This document shows positions 1-13,700 of a stretch of 64,000 bases of DNA, piece by piece. A program made the translations under genes and the position numbers. Source of the stretch: Ylistrum balloti (lineage: Eukaryota); assembly GCF_031769215.1 (NCBI RefSeq), contig NW_026782844.1, forward strand, positions 186,001-250,000. The letters run 5' to 3'. The notes beneath the pieces were generated by a model. It did not search any database. It was not told the DNA's origin and saw nothing but the letters and a program-made list of their open reading frames with translations. The first letter of the stretch is position 1. Each line of letters begins with the position of its first letter.

Positions 1-556
1 GCAGGTGGTCACATTGGGTAATTGTAATTGAAACAAGAGGGCCATGCTCTTAATGCTCATCTGACAATTAATGAACGGACGGACAGACGGGCAGACCATA
101 GAAAAGAGTTGCTGGGTATGTTGGATTTTAAACCAAATCAAAAAATTTTATTTGGCCAAGGTATTCTCATTTTGTAGTAGTGTTCATAAAGACAATCAAT
201 ATCATTGACTGTGACGCAAAACTAGACATTCAATTTGACATAACAGTGGATAACTACACTGAAGTTAATCACCTTCCAGATATTTGATTTGATATATAAC
301 ATCAATATACTCTCTCATTATACATAACACATTAGAATACAATAGCTAAAATGTAAGGATACAAGATAGAAAATGGTACAAGGGCCAATTGATATGTTAT
401 AAGCCTTGTATTGAAGAAGTTAAGCAGGGACATCCTTATTCAACTCTACTATTCAATGACTATTTAAGGCTGTGTACCAGAAGACTGGTGTCATTTAGCC
501 AGTTTATGTCGAAGAGGTAGCACTCTAAAGTAAATAAGGCAAGTGACTTTTGCAAA

Positions 557-1422
557 ATGAACAAATTTGCATAAAAAATGTCTTGCACCTATGGACATCC
601 ATATTGATATGGCAGCAACACTAGGGAATGACGCCTTTCATATGCTATAGTGGAACAGTGGGTGCTGTGGTAGGCAGAGCCTTGGGGAGGATGCTTATCC
701 TGGAAGGTCTGTCACTTTTGCAAACCCAGAAATGGTTAATAAAGTCCTTATATTGTTATAACTGACAAGCAAGTTACAGAGAGATATTAGCCAGTACAGT
801 TGGAATTTGACCGGAAATATCTTGCAATGAGAAAGCTCTCAGCCCATTGGGTACCAAGACTTCTGACAGTTTTCAGAAGCACACCAGGTGCTAATCTGAA
901 CCTTTTAGAGGCAGATCCTGCAAACTTTCTGCACAGGTTTGCGACTCAACGTGGGTTCATCATTTCACCCCAGAGGCCAAACAACAGTCTCAACAATGGA
1001 AGCACAATGGTTCATCCCTGTCGAAGAAGGCAAGACTGTTCAATCAGCAGGAAAGATTATGCCCTCAGTTTTCTGGGATGCTGATGGTATTATGATGGTA
1101 GATTATCTGCAAAAGGGACAAACAATCAATGGCACATATAATGCATCACTTCTTAGGCCGTTGAGAGAAAATGTCATACTCAAACACCACAGAAAACTCA
1201 GTAAAGGTGTGTTGTTCCACCAGGACAATGCCCCTATTCACCATCAAACTCTCATATTTTTCCAAAATTGAAAATGGCCATTTCCAGTACCCACTTTTGG
1301 TCAGACGATGATGTCATACATGCAATGAAGGACTTTCTGAACAGTCAGGAAAAGGACTTCTTTAAAAGTGGCATTGAGGCCCTTAAACATCACTGGCAAA
1401 AGCATATAATTAATATTGTAGA
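557..1422 (+). pseudogene. Mariner (Tc1/mariner DD34D) transposase remnant, frameshifted and internally deleted
   Basis: Fragments across frames: DIHIDMAATLGND, WVPRLLT, WVHHFTPEAKQQSQQW, SAGKIMPSVFWDADGIMMVDYLQKGQTING, VLFHQDNAPIH, PSNSHIFPKLK, HFWSDDDVI..FFKSGIEALKHHWQK. The DET of the first catalytic motif and the YSPDLAP segment are deleted. No TIRs were recognisable. Confidence 0.9.
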
Positions 1423-1427
1423 AAGTG

Positions 1428-1779
1428 TCACACATCTAAAACCCAGAGCTTAACTAATGAATCAGTTATGTCTATTTTTCCTAGGTCTTTCCATTGCCCA
1501 GACCATATCTGACCTAGACTTTCAATGTCTACTTTGTCAAGCCCTGCACATGTCAAACTCAGGGTACGGAGCGGATGAGGAGTGGCTAGCTTGTCAGAGA
1601 TGGCATCAAGGAATGACGTGTCTAAGGGAGACTTCAAGCCACATCCTTCTACATTTAATTTGTCCAGTATAGTGTCATCTTGAACAGACTTCTCCAGAAT
1701 GCGACGTACAACTGAATTTGTCAGTTTGGGATTACCCGAGAGTCGTAAGACCCTCAGGCATTTTCCTGACTCCAGTATC
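1428..1779 (-). CDS. TONSL: TONSL last coding exon (LRR, stop TGA at 1428-1430)
   Basis: [19 protein letters not shown]...[11 protein letters not shown]...KLWVLDV*; acceptor tctttttatag at 1780-1781. Confidence 0.93.
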
Positions 1780-4700
1780 CTATAAAAAGAAAAATACATA
1801 AATACCATACCTGTTGGCTTTGTATACTCCAAACATGCCTAAAACTGTTTCTCTAAAATCTAACTAATTACAATTTGATGTAGATACAACTGTTTGACCT
1901 TGAACTTTAACCTTAATTTTGTATAAGCCTAAGAAACAACCGACATAGGATGTGAGAAGTTAAATTACTACAGGAAATGAGATAAACTTTTGGCTTTGAC
2001 CTATGACCTATACAGGAGACCAGATGCATGCCATCCTGAGCAATAAAGGTTAAGTGCCTTGCCCAAGGACACTACTACGACAATACAGACTGATCCATTT
2101 CTCAGCTTCATGTGAATTGATATGTTCATTGGGTTTATTGCCTCGTGGACAGCTAAGGTCATGAGATTGGTAATGCATGCTGTGAAATAAATATCAGCTA
2201 TAATAGTATTGGCAGGATTTCAGGCAATATAAGATATGATTCTTAAGTCTTACCTCACTATGAAGTCTAAACCTTCTGAAGATATATGAGAACTTGAAAT
2301 ATCCAATTCTTCCAGTACACAGTCCTCCTTCAAAACAGAACAGTCACGTAACACTTTTATCACAAAAATCTTATAAGACACTGATTTGCTTAAAAGCAAT
2401 GGTGGTAAGGCAAGAATATACATTATGTATATCCAAATGTTAAAGTTTAGACAAACTTAAGCAATTACTACATCATTATTTCTATACCTTGTAATCCACA
2501 CATTGTCTCAGGTGGGAGAGCTAGATAATAAAATACTAAAATTACAATGACAGGACTAAAACTCTTTGACAATGTCTCCATCTAAGGAGAAAACTATTTA
2601 GGAAACGAGAAAAGACTTCAACAGGACTCCCATATACTCACATTGTCACAGGAGAGAAATGTTTTTCTACTTCTGGAGATTTCCAATGCTTTTTTATTGA
2701 GAGGTTATCAGTGCACAAACATGCCCTGGATGAAGGGACTTTAAGAATTGTATGTACTGTTGTTCCAAATGCCTGAGCGAAAAAATGAACTTTATTTAAA
2801 AGATCTCTTATCTTCCTTCTAACATTTTATTCTTCCTCGTTTGGTAATCATCCATCAAAGTAAGGAAGATAATGGGTGTGTCTGTAATTATCATAGCTGT
2901 TTATAGAATATTCAACAATATGAAACCAGTTTATGGGTTCTGTCCTCTGTTGAGATAAACGAACATCTTGTTAATTTCGCCTAACAGAGATAGTGGTACA
3001 GACTAGTTTGTCTGTAGTCATTATCTTCTGATATCCATATTGTACCCTTTTCTAACATGGCACTGAAGAGCCTAGATTATAAAACTGATCATTTAGGAGG
3101 AAGTATCTTACCTGTGACAGGTAGTTCTGTAGGTGCAAAAGTAGATGTGAAGATGCACTGGCAGCTGTCATGTTTCCAGCTACAATCAGTTGGGTGAGTC
3201 TGGTAGCATTGAGACTCATCAGAAGCAGCTCTATACCAAGGGCTCCAAATTTGTTGTACGAAACATCCAGACACTGCAGGTCACACTCTACCGAAAAGCC
3301 AAAGAAGGCATCAGCTATTTTAGCCAAACAAGACATCTACTGTTTAAGTGCTGTCAGACTAGAAGGAATATTGGTGTAGTGTATAATTGTGAATGTGCCT
3401 AATTAAAAGTTTAAAAGATTAGAAAAATACTTCTTTTCCCCCTTTTATTCTCTCGTTTATAAAGTTCAATTTTGCTCAGGTTTAACAATGGACAAATACA
3501 ATCACAAAGTTGAAACTGCCCTAGCCAGTCACATACTTTCAAGGGCTTTTGCCAAAGCAATCCGATGCTGCTGGAAGAACTTGGCTGTGAGGTCACATGA
3601 CGAGAGGCAGATGTTGTTGATGCAGGGTAGACATGCAAGAACAGTAGTTAGTGACTGACAACTTGAATCTCCCAAGGAGTTGTGACTCAGGTCAAGATAG
3701 CGCAGGTTCTACGAGAAAAATACAGTGACAATTTAACACAGTGTTTCATCAATTCATCACTGATGATTGTAAAACTATAAGATATTAACTAGTTAAGCTG
3801 CATGGATTGAAACTTCAATATTAACACAGCCTGACTGTAACTTTGGCCTTCATATCATCACAGCTAATTAGGGCAATTAAGATACAGCGTTTATTTCTGC
3901 TAATGATATTAGTTTTCATGTGATAACATAAAAAATGGCCAAGAATACAACAGATTATGCCACAACATATCACCAATGATACATTACCTGTAGAATTGCT
4001 CCAGTAGATGCAGTGCCTAGCAATGTGTCTGCCAGTTGTTTAACTGCTACACTGGTGATTCTGTTACCAGCAAGACTTAAAGAGGATAAATTGGGAAGGG
4101 AACCCAACACATTCAGAAATCCCTCCAACCCAACATCTCCCACACGATTACCTGGAAACAAAATAAATAAAACCTAATATTCATAATATGCTGACTGTAT
4201 CTTAATTACTTTACAACAAAATCATAGATCCTAGGTGTTAATGTACAGCCCTGCATATTTGCCTACATTCTTGGGCAGTGGCAGGAAGGAGGGAAACAGA
4301 GAGACAAAGAGATAATGGTATTTCTTACTCAGAAAATGTATTTTCTATAGTTGCTGTTGAAGAGATGTTGTCATAATACAAATGAATTTGGGAGCAAGCA
4401 TTCATATTTGAATACCAATGACAGTAACACACATGCATATCATGTTAGAGTAGTAGAATTTTCCTGATTTACAATCTAGAAGGGTTCTGAACACCTGAAT
4501 TGATGTGATATACAAGCTATGGGAGACAAACCTGTGAGATTGAGAATCTTTAGGTTAGATTGACACTGTATTGCCCTGAACACTGGGAGAATTTGGGCAG
4601 GACCCAGGGCTAAATTCTGTAGTTCCAGATTACCACCATCATCACAGCTCTGTAGAATGGTCCTTACATTTCTGTAGCTCACTGGAACAAACATGAGTCT

Positions 4701-7700
4701 TATAATTTGCTTCTGAAATACAAGGACACTACAGTAAAAATGAATTAATAGGTTGGTCAACATTCTTGGAACCAACATCAAGGTCACAGTTTCTGCTTTT
4801 AGAATTTGGATGAAACTTTAAATGAGAACCATGTCCATAATTTTAATAAAATAAACTACAAGTGTAACAAGTATAAGTATTGACCAAAGGTTAGGAGTTT
4901 ATAAAAACTCAGGAGTGTAGGCAGCAATGACTATGACTTTCGTTTTGTTTCCTGTCAACACAACAGAATATTTCAAACAACTAACTGTGGATAAAATCTT
5001 ATGCAAATAGATATTACAGGAACTGAGCTGGAGGGTAAGTAGCATTACACTGGAAAAACTTCATGTGTCTGTTCTTTCATTTGAATGTAATTATTTGTCA
5101 GCACTTACATGTTACATTTCAGGTATGAAATAAAAAGGACATGCAAACTATTTATTCTGGTTTTGAAAGGCGGAATCGAATGTTTTCAAAATGCAAAAAT
5201 AATATCAGTAATCCATCCCTACTTCATAAACAAAAGAAACTGGTCCATCAAAAGCTGTCAGATAAACTAAAATGGGTCATAAAATGGCACAGAAAACTCC
5301 AAACAATACCTGAGAAGCTAGTTATACTAGCACACCTGTTTGGTATTAATACCATCAATAGCTTGAAAAGGCTATGTAGTGACTTTGCAGATAGAAATGT
5401 TATTGATATATATGTACCACACCTGTCTGAAGAGTTCTACAAGCCTGGTCATATCTCTGGGTTAAAGCTGGCATATCCCAATTGTCCACACTTCCCTGAA
5501 CCTGTAACATACATAACTATCATTTAAGGACAAAAATTTCATACCAGAATATTCTGGTTTACAGTAAAGATTTATTTGATATGCAAAGTGTTTGTTTATC
5601 AAAAGTATGTGCAGCATTTTAAATGGATCTGAATATTTCAAAAATAGTTTTAATATTGAACAAGAGTACTGCAGGGCAGAACAATATACGCCTGTCCAAA
5701 ACTATTCAAGCAAAAAATCAACTAAGGGGGAATAACTCAGAAACTATGTAGGTGAGGCGGGCAATCTTTATACTTGACACTCTGGCATCTCTAGATATAC
5801 ACGTGTACAAATTATGGTGACCAGAGAGCGAGGAGTCACCAAGTTATGGCAAGAACAAGGGAAGTTTACGAAAAATCAACTAAGGGGGAATAACTCAGAA
5901 ACTATGCATGCGAGGCAGACAATTTTTACACGTGACACTCCGTCACCTTGAGACATATATGTGTACAAAGAATGGTGACAAGAGACCAAGGACTCACAAA
6001 GTTATGGCCCAGACAAGGAAAGTGTACGATGGACGGACATACAGATGGACGGATGGACAACGCCATACCATAATACATCCCGTCATACGACGGGCATATA
6101 AAAAAGTTCAAGGATTTCAATCTTTCCTGATTTGAGTTGAACATCATATGATGAGCAGATCAAGGATCATATAAATACTGAGAGTTAAGAATATTTAAGA
6201 TTAAGCAAAATTATTCTACACCACTGCAGTTTCTATTTGTCAACTTTTATTGAAGGAAATTCCAGTTACCTCTTCATCTACTGACAGAACAAGACTTATA
6301 GGGTCATCAGGTGTAAGGAATGCCCCGTCCTTTGTTGTCAGGGTAAGAAAGGGACGTAATCCACACAGACTATAATACCTCTGGGACGTCTCCTGGGCAA
6401 GCCATCCAATAGTCTTACCTTCTCCACTGTCATAAAAAAGCAAATTGTACAAACTTAAGTCAAACAAGTTCTTATAAGGAGTAATAAAACAATAATAAAA
6501 TATACCCAACACACAGAAAATTTTTGGATGACAAATATTGAAAGCACAGATCTATAAATAGTGTCATTTTTGTACTCAGACAGTAGAGTTGTGACAAGTT
6601 TGTAGCTTACCCATTAGGAGCTGGCACCAGTAGGAGTTTGTCCTTGACTCTGACCTTGACCCTCATGACCTGACCTACTGCTGAACTGGATATCTGATTC
6701 ATATTAACCCCACTCCTCTGGGAGAGAGTCTCAGGTGGCAAGCTGGATTGTATGGTGTCTGTCTGTCGAACTGCAAACTGAGTCATCCTCATTTGTTTCG
6801 GCTTATTGGTCATTGCAAAGGCATCGGTCATCGAGGATGTGCAAGGGGCTGGCACAGATATGTCTGACAGAACATTAGATCTGTTAATGCGGGAAATTCT
6901 CAATGCAAGGGGAAATAAATCATCACAGAAATCGTCATCCTCATTCAGCAGCATTATGTCATCATTATCACTCAGACTTTCCAAGTTAACATTGTCATTT
7001 GCAAGGCTTTGAGAATCTAATGACACAGTATCCTCTTTAACAGTACGTTCCACTGAAGTCTCCTTGTTTTTGTCACTGCTCTCAATATTAAGCCTCCGCC
7101 TTTTCACAGCAGGTCGCATATCATCTATCAACCAGTCATCAACATACTCGTCTGCAGATATTAAGGCAGCAGAGTCTTTGCTGTTTAGTGACTTCGTAAC
7201 ATGATTGGAACTTGCCTGTGGTGCCTTGCGCCTTACAGCACTGCTTCCTACCTGGTGTATAGCCTGTCTGTAGGAATGGGTGGCATTAGATGATACTGGA
7301 GCTTGTGTTAATGGGTTAGGGTACACTTCCTCACTATCATCCTCTATAAGTGGTGATGGGCATGACATCTTTCTCCTACAAGAAAAAATAATGGGACTTG
7401 ACCACATCGCACCTTGAATCTATTTCAGAAAAATGTAAATGTAAAACTGACTTGTTAATCTGATTTTTCTGTTACTGGTTAATAAAATACAAGTAACATG
7501 ATGTGTTTTGGAGATGCCAACATTGCAGGATAAGAAATCAGGGTGGGGCCCGGGGGCCCAGGGGCGGCAGCCCCCAGTCAGGGTCCAGGGATGAGGTCCC
7601 TGGTGGGGGGTTCAGTGGGGCAAAGCTGAAGGATTTTAAGTCATTACAAAGCTGTTTTTACTGTCAAATATACTTATTTGAGTTTCAGAATGTTTTTTTC

Positions 7701-10700
7701 AGGTCACAGAGTCCACCATGGACAACAGAAATGTCACAATGGCACACATTACAATAAACATGGTGGTCACTTACAGCAGAATTTTTAAAACATGGATATG
7801 TAAGAGAGTATATCCGTAAAAACCACTGTGAATGAAAGTGTTTGACTTTTTTTGCAGGCGACGTGGCCTCTTCAACATCAACCATGTTTCAAGTTTGAGT
7901 TTAAAATGGAGCTTATGTCGATTTACGAGAAGCCCCAACTGTTTTGATACCGACCACACTGGCTAATAACAGAGGTCTTCCGATCATCCCCAACCACGTG
8001 GCAGTGTTATGTTAAAGTTTACACCGGTGTCAGGGGTAATTTCGATTATTTTGTCTGGGAAAAAAATCGACAAATTGGAGAAAACGCCATGAAATCGGAG
8101 GTAGGATTTTAATGTTAAATCAGAGGAACTCCAACCAAATCAGAGAGGTTGGTATCTCTATATTGTTGTGAAGCGTATTATGAAAAGTTTGGTTTTAGAT
8201 ATTTACATTTTTTTATCAAAAGGTATTATGAATTATGTATGAACAAGAACACTGACAGAGGGAAGCCAGTTTGTAATCATCAAGAAGAATTCACCGAGAT
8301 GCCACTCTTTCAACTTTTAAGTGCAGCAGCCCAGTACCTATGAATCTGAAAAGCGATCTTAACCAAGCACTTTCATTCATTATCATGGCAACTGATTTCC
8401 TGGAAAGTGCTCCCATTGAATTCACTAACCCCAAAATAATATATACATCATTATTAGGTATATCCGATAATCTTATATTTCAATCAATCTGACCCCTTGA
8501 ATTGTTGTCATGTTACTGAGAAGTAAATATTATATACAGAAATGAGGTAGCATGATTATTTCACCTAACACTCAAGTTACCATAGCAATCTAAATTTTTT
8601 TCAGATAAGAATGGTGTTGTGTATATCTAGGTTATGCTGACAATTCATGGGTAACTCATTATAAAGATCTACCATGCAGTTTCTAAGAAAATTCTGTCAT
8701 ACACTTTCAGAGAAAATTACAGTACTAATGAACAGCGAGAGGGTGAGTTGGCAGGCAGGCAAGCAGTAGACAAAGAGCCATTATTATGGGGTCAATTTAT
8801 TTATGTGGGGCTCTGATGAACTCAACTTTGTCAGGGTTATCCATCACTATTTTTCTAATCTATCCTTTCTCATGTTGTTACCTATTTCCACAGAAACAAG
8901 TGCTACTTGCCTTGTCACATTTTCTGTGTCACTATCACCAGATTCATCAGACGATATTGTTCTTCTGGAAATAAAAAAAGAATCATTTATCAAGTCAACT
9001 AAGATTTCCTTAAAATAGTGACATTGACCCTAATACCCAAAACTCATCCGATGGATGCAAAATAATTTGGCAATTTATAAACATGATACCTGAACAAAAT
9101 CTAACAAGGACTGAAGCTGCTAGTGAGCTGACAGATTTGGGTGTTTCATATGTATATACATTACTAATCCTGAACCAACTTGTGAGGAGATAAGTAATTT
9201 CCTTATAGGTTCACCATGCTTTTAACACAACTGAGACAAATGTTGGGTATTATCATATCTGATAGTGTTTATACACATAGGTCATTAGATATTTATATGA
9301 TGTTGATGGTTTACATAACATGTGTATATGTAATCATATTAGTGTTGGTGAAAACCTCATATTCAGGCTCCTTTTTGTCCTATTGCGGGCAGGTTTGCTG
9401 AGGGGGTCAATATCTGTTGATGTACTAGACATAGTGCTACTACTCATGGTCCTCCCTGACAGGCAAGAAATATCCTCCGGAGATCTGCTGGCTGCTCATA
9501 ATGAAAACAATTGTTATTTCATATCATTCTTAGTTAATCAAAGTATATATGTAACGTACTGCTTAACAAATTCATAGATTGAACAGGAGAAAATCATCCT
9601 GTTTTAACATGAGCTCTTAAAATGTTTTTTGCTTTTCTTTAAATGGAAATGAAGAACCAACCCCAAGTAACATGCAGTATTAGGTGCCAACTCTAAAACA
9701 TTTCACTTTATATTACAGCTGCCTTTATAAATGCTACCTGCTTAATCTCATGTTCCATTTGTCAGGGGAAAAATGTGATAGTTAGCAGAACCTAACATTA
9801 ACAGTTGACTTTTTTTTCCGGATGTCTAAACCAAGAATTAAAATTTCTGATGCGACAAACTGACTTGTTACTAACAGAAATTGTTTGGAGACAATAAATT
9901 TATAATTTGGTTTGTTTTTTCGAGAAGAACAGTGATTTTCCTTGACTTTTGTTTGTTTATTCCTTGAAATATCTAAAATGGTATCATAAAATAATGTGAA
10001 CAATCATATGTCATATTCATAGTTCACACATGGTGAAATTCAGACACGACACTACAGTGTCATCAGCTGATATTTTGTGGAATTATTTATTCATGACAGT
10101 GTGGTTTTTATAATAAGTCATTATCACAAAGTTGATATACATAGTGTGTATCTCTGCAACTTCAATAAAATGTGTTCTGATGATCGCTACCAGAGTATTG
10201 CCAACAAAAATAGTCAACAGAGTGTGAAATCTTTGAAATGAAATGTTTCATTGGCTATTATATAATGGTTAATTTTAATGGCCAATCAAATGTCGTGAAA
10301 TACAGCATAGAGAAAAACCTGGTTTTAGCACATTTTACTGTCACCTTACCAGTGCTCGCAATAATTTAAGCAATACATGATGTGAAGAACAATGAAAACA
10401 TTCTGATATTATGACCAATTTGATTTTCAATCATCATTCCCTGCGATACATTATTTACCATAAACAAGTCATTTAAGAAAAATGATTATGATGTCAGCAA
10501 AGACGTAAGCAGCCCAGTGAAGGTTTTCGGGGCACATGTGATAATTTTCTATGTTCAATTAGACCTAATCTAGATTTCATTTTGTAAAACATCAAATCAG
10601 TTATTTTAGAAATAGCCTTGTATCAGAAATGTGTCCACAAAAATCTAAAGATGGAGATATTCATAATGATATTGACAAGCCACAGTTTGGTGTCATGAAC

Positions 10701-13700
10701 TAAACAAACACAATTCATCATAAATCACAGTTCATGATTGATTATCTGTTGCAAAAAATCTTTTTTGACTCATTTTCAAAGAGTTTCGGCAGCAAGATTG
10801 ATAACATTGTGACAAGTTTAAAGTTATAAATTGTTTAAAACCCATTTCAAAACTTGAAATTCACTAGACTTCCTTGGACCTAGCTGGACCTTACAAGTAA
10901 GATCTATCTACTTTTTGGGAGTCGTAAGGTGTGTAAAGTAGGCCAGTAGGGCATAGATGATGTTTCCTTAACATGCCCAGGTGTGACTTATTGCCATTCA
11001 GACATTTATCCATAGTTCCTGTCCTCACTTAACTGTGGTTTTTTTTGTGATAGTTGTCAAAATGAAGTAATGTTATGTGTTGCCCCCATAAAAATAAGTG
11101 ACAGTATCAGATGTTAAATTACGTAGAATATATAGGGAAAAAATGTGTTTCAAGAAAACGTGATATTAACAGATGTGACATTAAGTTAGTTTCACCGTAC
11201 CTCCTCCTCGGACATGTAAACTCAGTGATCTGTAGATCTCTTCATATGCCATCAGCACATTGCTATCTAAGGCATCATCACATCTCTCCCTCCACTGTCT
11301 AAGACAGGACAGAGCTGTGTTACCCTACATACATAATAAAAGCATAATCATCCCAACAGCCAAATTTTAAAGCTTATCCTTGTAAAATAATACCATGATG
11401 ATGTTGCCACATCAGCAACTTACAGAGAGTTTTTGTAATACATTAACAATAATTTTCAACAGAATATACTACTAATGCAGTTTACTTATCAGTTCAAGTC
11501 TATTTACTTCAGGCATAAATTCTGTTCATTTTTAAAACCAATATTCCATTATGCTCTCATACAATATCTAATGAGGACATCACAAACACAGAAACAAGAA
11601 GTAAATTATTCATGTTTATACAGTGCAACTTCCCCAAACTGATCCTTCTCAGATCACCTCTTGAAACAGAACAAGATGGCCATATATGGAATGTCATCCT
11701 CTTTATTATAATAATTACAAGAATTCCAGGAAAGTGGATGTGTCACCTGCCCAGCAAAAATTCTGGAAATGAGTTTAATGAAACAATAGACTTCGATATT
11801 CATTTACTTGCAGATTAGATGTATAGTATCAAAGGGAACTGAATCTTGACCTGAAAAATGTCCACAGAAAATTCAAGTTAACGCATGAAAACCAATCTCC
11901 TATAGATAGAAAAACTGTCCTTGACCTTTGCTCTTCAATCCTCAAAAGCAATGCCAAGGGAGCACTTTTGGTAAGGAAGTATCAAATTTGATGATCAGTC
12001 AAAGGCCACTGAAGTTATAATTGGAAAAAAAGATATATATCTATAGTTAGAGTGACCTTGACCTATGAACTTTGGACCTGCACTTCAGATAAGGAAGCAC
12101 TGTATGATCAGCCAAGTGTACACAAGTTATCCCCACAAAAATTTCCTATTTATATAGTAATGGTGACTTTGACCTTTTTGACTTTAAGACATGAGAAAAA
12201 TATCCAGTATGCGCTTTTCGTAAGGAAGCACTGTATAAAGTAGCCATCTTGGATTTCAGATAGACCCGAAAAATAACAAAACTTTGTCAGGACCATCTCG
12301 GGATCATTTCATGCAAGCTTGACCTCAACCCACTGGTGGATCTTTAGGAAGTTTAAATGTCATAGTGGACAGCTGACAACGGCGATAACGGACGAAGCAC
12401 AATGGCTATCGGTCATCATGACATTTGGGTCAGATGACCTAAAGACCCAAGTACTTAAAACCAATCTCTACCTCGTCATCCTTTGCCAGCATGTTGGCCT
12501 TATGTGCGATCAGGACCCTCATCACCTCTAAGTTACCACAATTAGCTGCATCTATCAGCGGGGTTACCCCTCCACAGTGCTGGCCTCCGCGGTCATTCAC
12601 TGCAGCTCCATGCTCTAACAAATAGCTTACAATCTCGCTATGGTCATGGTTGGCAGCCTCATGAAGTGGAATCCATCCACAGTAGTCACGCGGATTGACA
12701 GGGTGACCCTAGAACACACAGAATTCATGCAGTTATACTTCCACAATAATCCCACGATTTGACAGGTGACACTAGAACATACAGAATTCATAGCTATGCA
12801 TCCACAGTAATCCCTAGAACATACAGAATTCATAGTTTTACACCAACAGTAATCCCTAGAACATACAGAATTCACAAAGCCACTGTAATAATGTGGACTG
12901 ACAAGGCGACCCTGGAAAATACAGAATTCACAGAGCTTTATGTCTACAGAAATTCTGCAGATTGACAGGGTGATGCTAGATAATAAATAATTCATATACC
13001 TATAATTATGCAATATGATGTGATTCTAACTATTTCTTGACTTGAAAAAGATCAACAGCATTACTGTTTTCAAGTTAACTTATGGTTTTATGATCACCTG
13101 ACACTATCTCAATTGTCTTCATCTGTGAAATGAGTACAATAGCACAGGCCACTGATAATTAATATTAAGTAATGACTATGCTATGTACATGTCTTTGATC
13201 CTTACTATTGTAACCATTCCAAACCATGTTATGTAAATAGAGTCATCAGCCAAATTGTCAAATGATTTGTTCTACTTCAGTCTGCAGTAAAGACATTCAT
13301 GATTAAGTATGAAACACAAACAAAACGGTGACTACAGTAGTATACTTTAAACCTTCTTAACTTACAGCAATCAAATTTAAGCACTTTATCGCTTTTTGGC
13401 AAATTAGCACAATGATTATTGAGCATATCCATAATAACTGTGAAATAAACAGTGTACAGAAACTAAAATTAGTGTAAATACACTTTAGTGCAGTATTTCC
13501 AGCAGGAACCAATCAAATACTGGCAATGAGCACTGTCAAGTAATGGATTAGTATTGCTTACTATTTGCTTCACACCCAGACCAAAGCTCCTAAATCTTCA
13601 TATCAATATACAAGTAATATCAAATGATGGATAAAGTGACTTGATTTTTGAGACCTGCTTTATAGAGGAAAGTTGGCAATTTAAAACTTCGTTTTTAGCC

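Noticed and set aside
3288-3362. Upstream acceptor at ~3359 for the LRR exon
   Set aside because: It introduces an in-frame TAG; the acceptor at 3288 fits phase 1.
3761-3834. C/D-box snoRNA-like TGATGA...CTGA
   Set aside because: Wrong strand for the host intron, no terminal stem, imperfect C box.
4682-4787. Longer TONSL exon using the acceptor at 4713 ([10 protein letters not shown])
   Set aside because: It is phase 0, whereas the upstream exon 5423-5501 ends in phase 1. The acceptor at 4682 restores the frame (TLQT-V-SYRN).
5141-5527. 128-aa plus-strand ORF (also 32230..32547)
   Set aside because: Antisense overlaps of real TONSL exons with no protein features.
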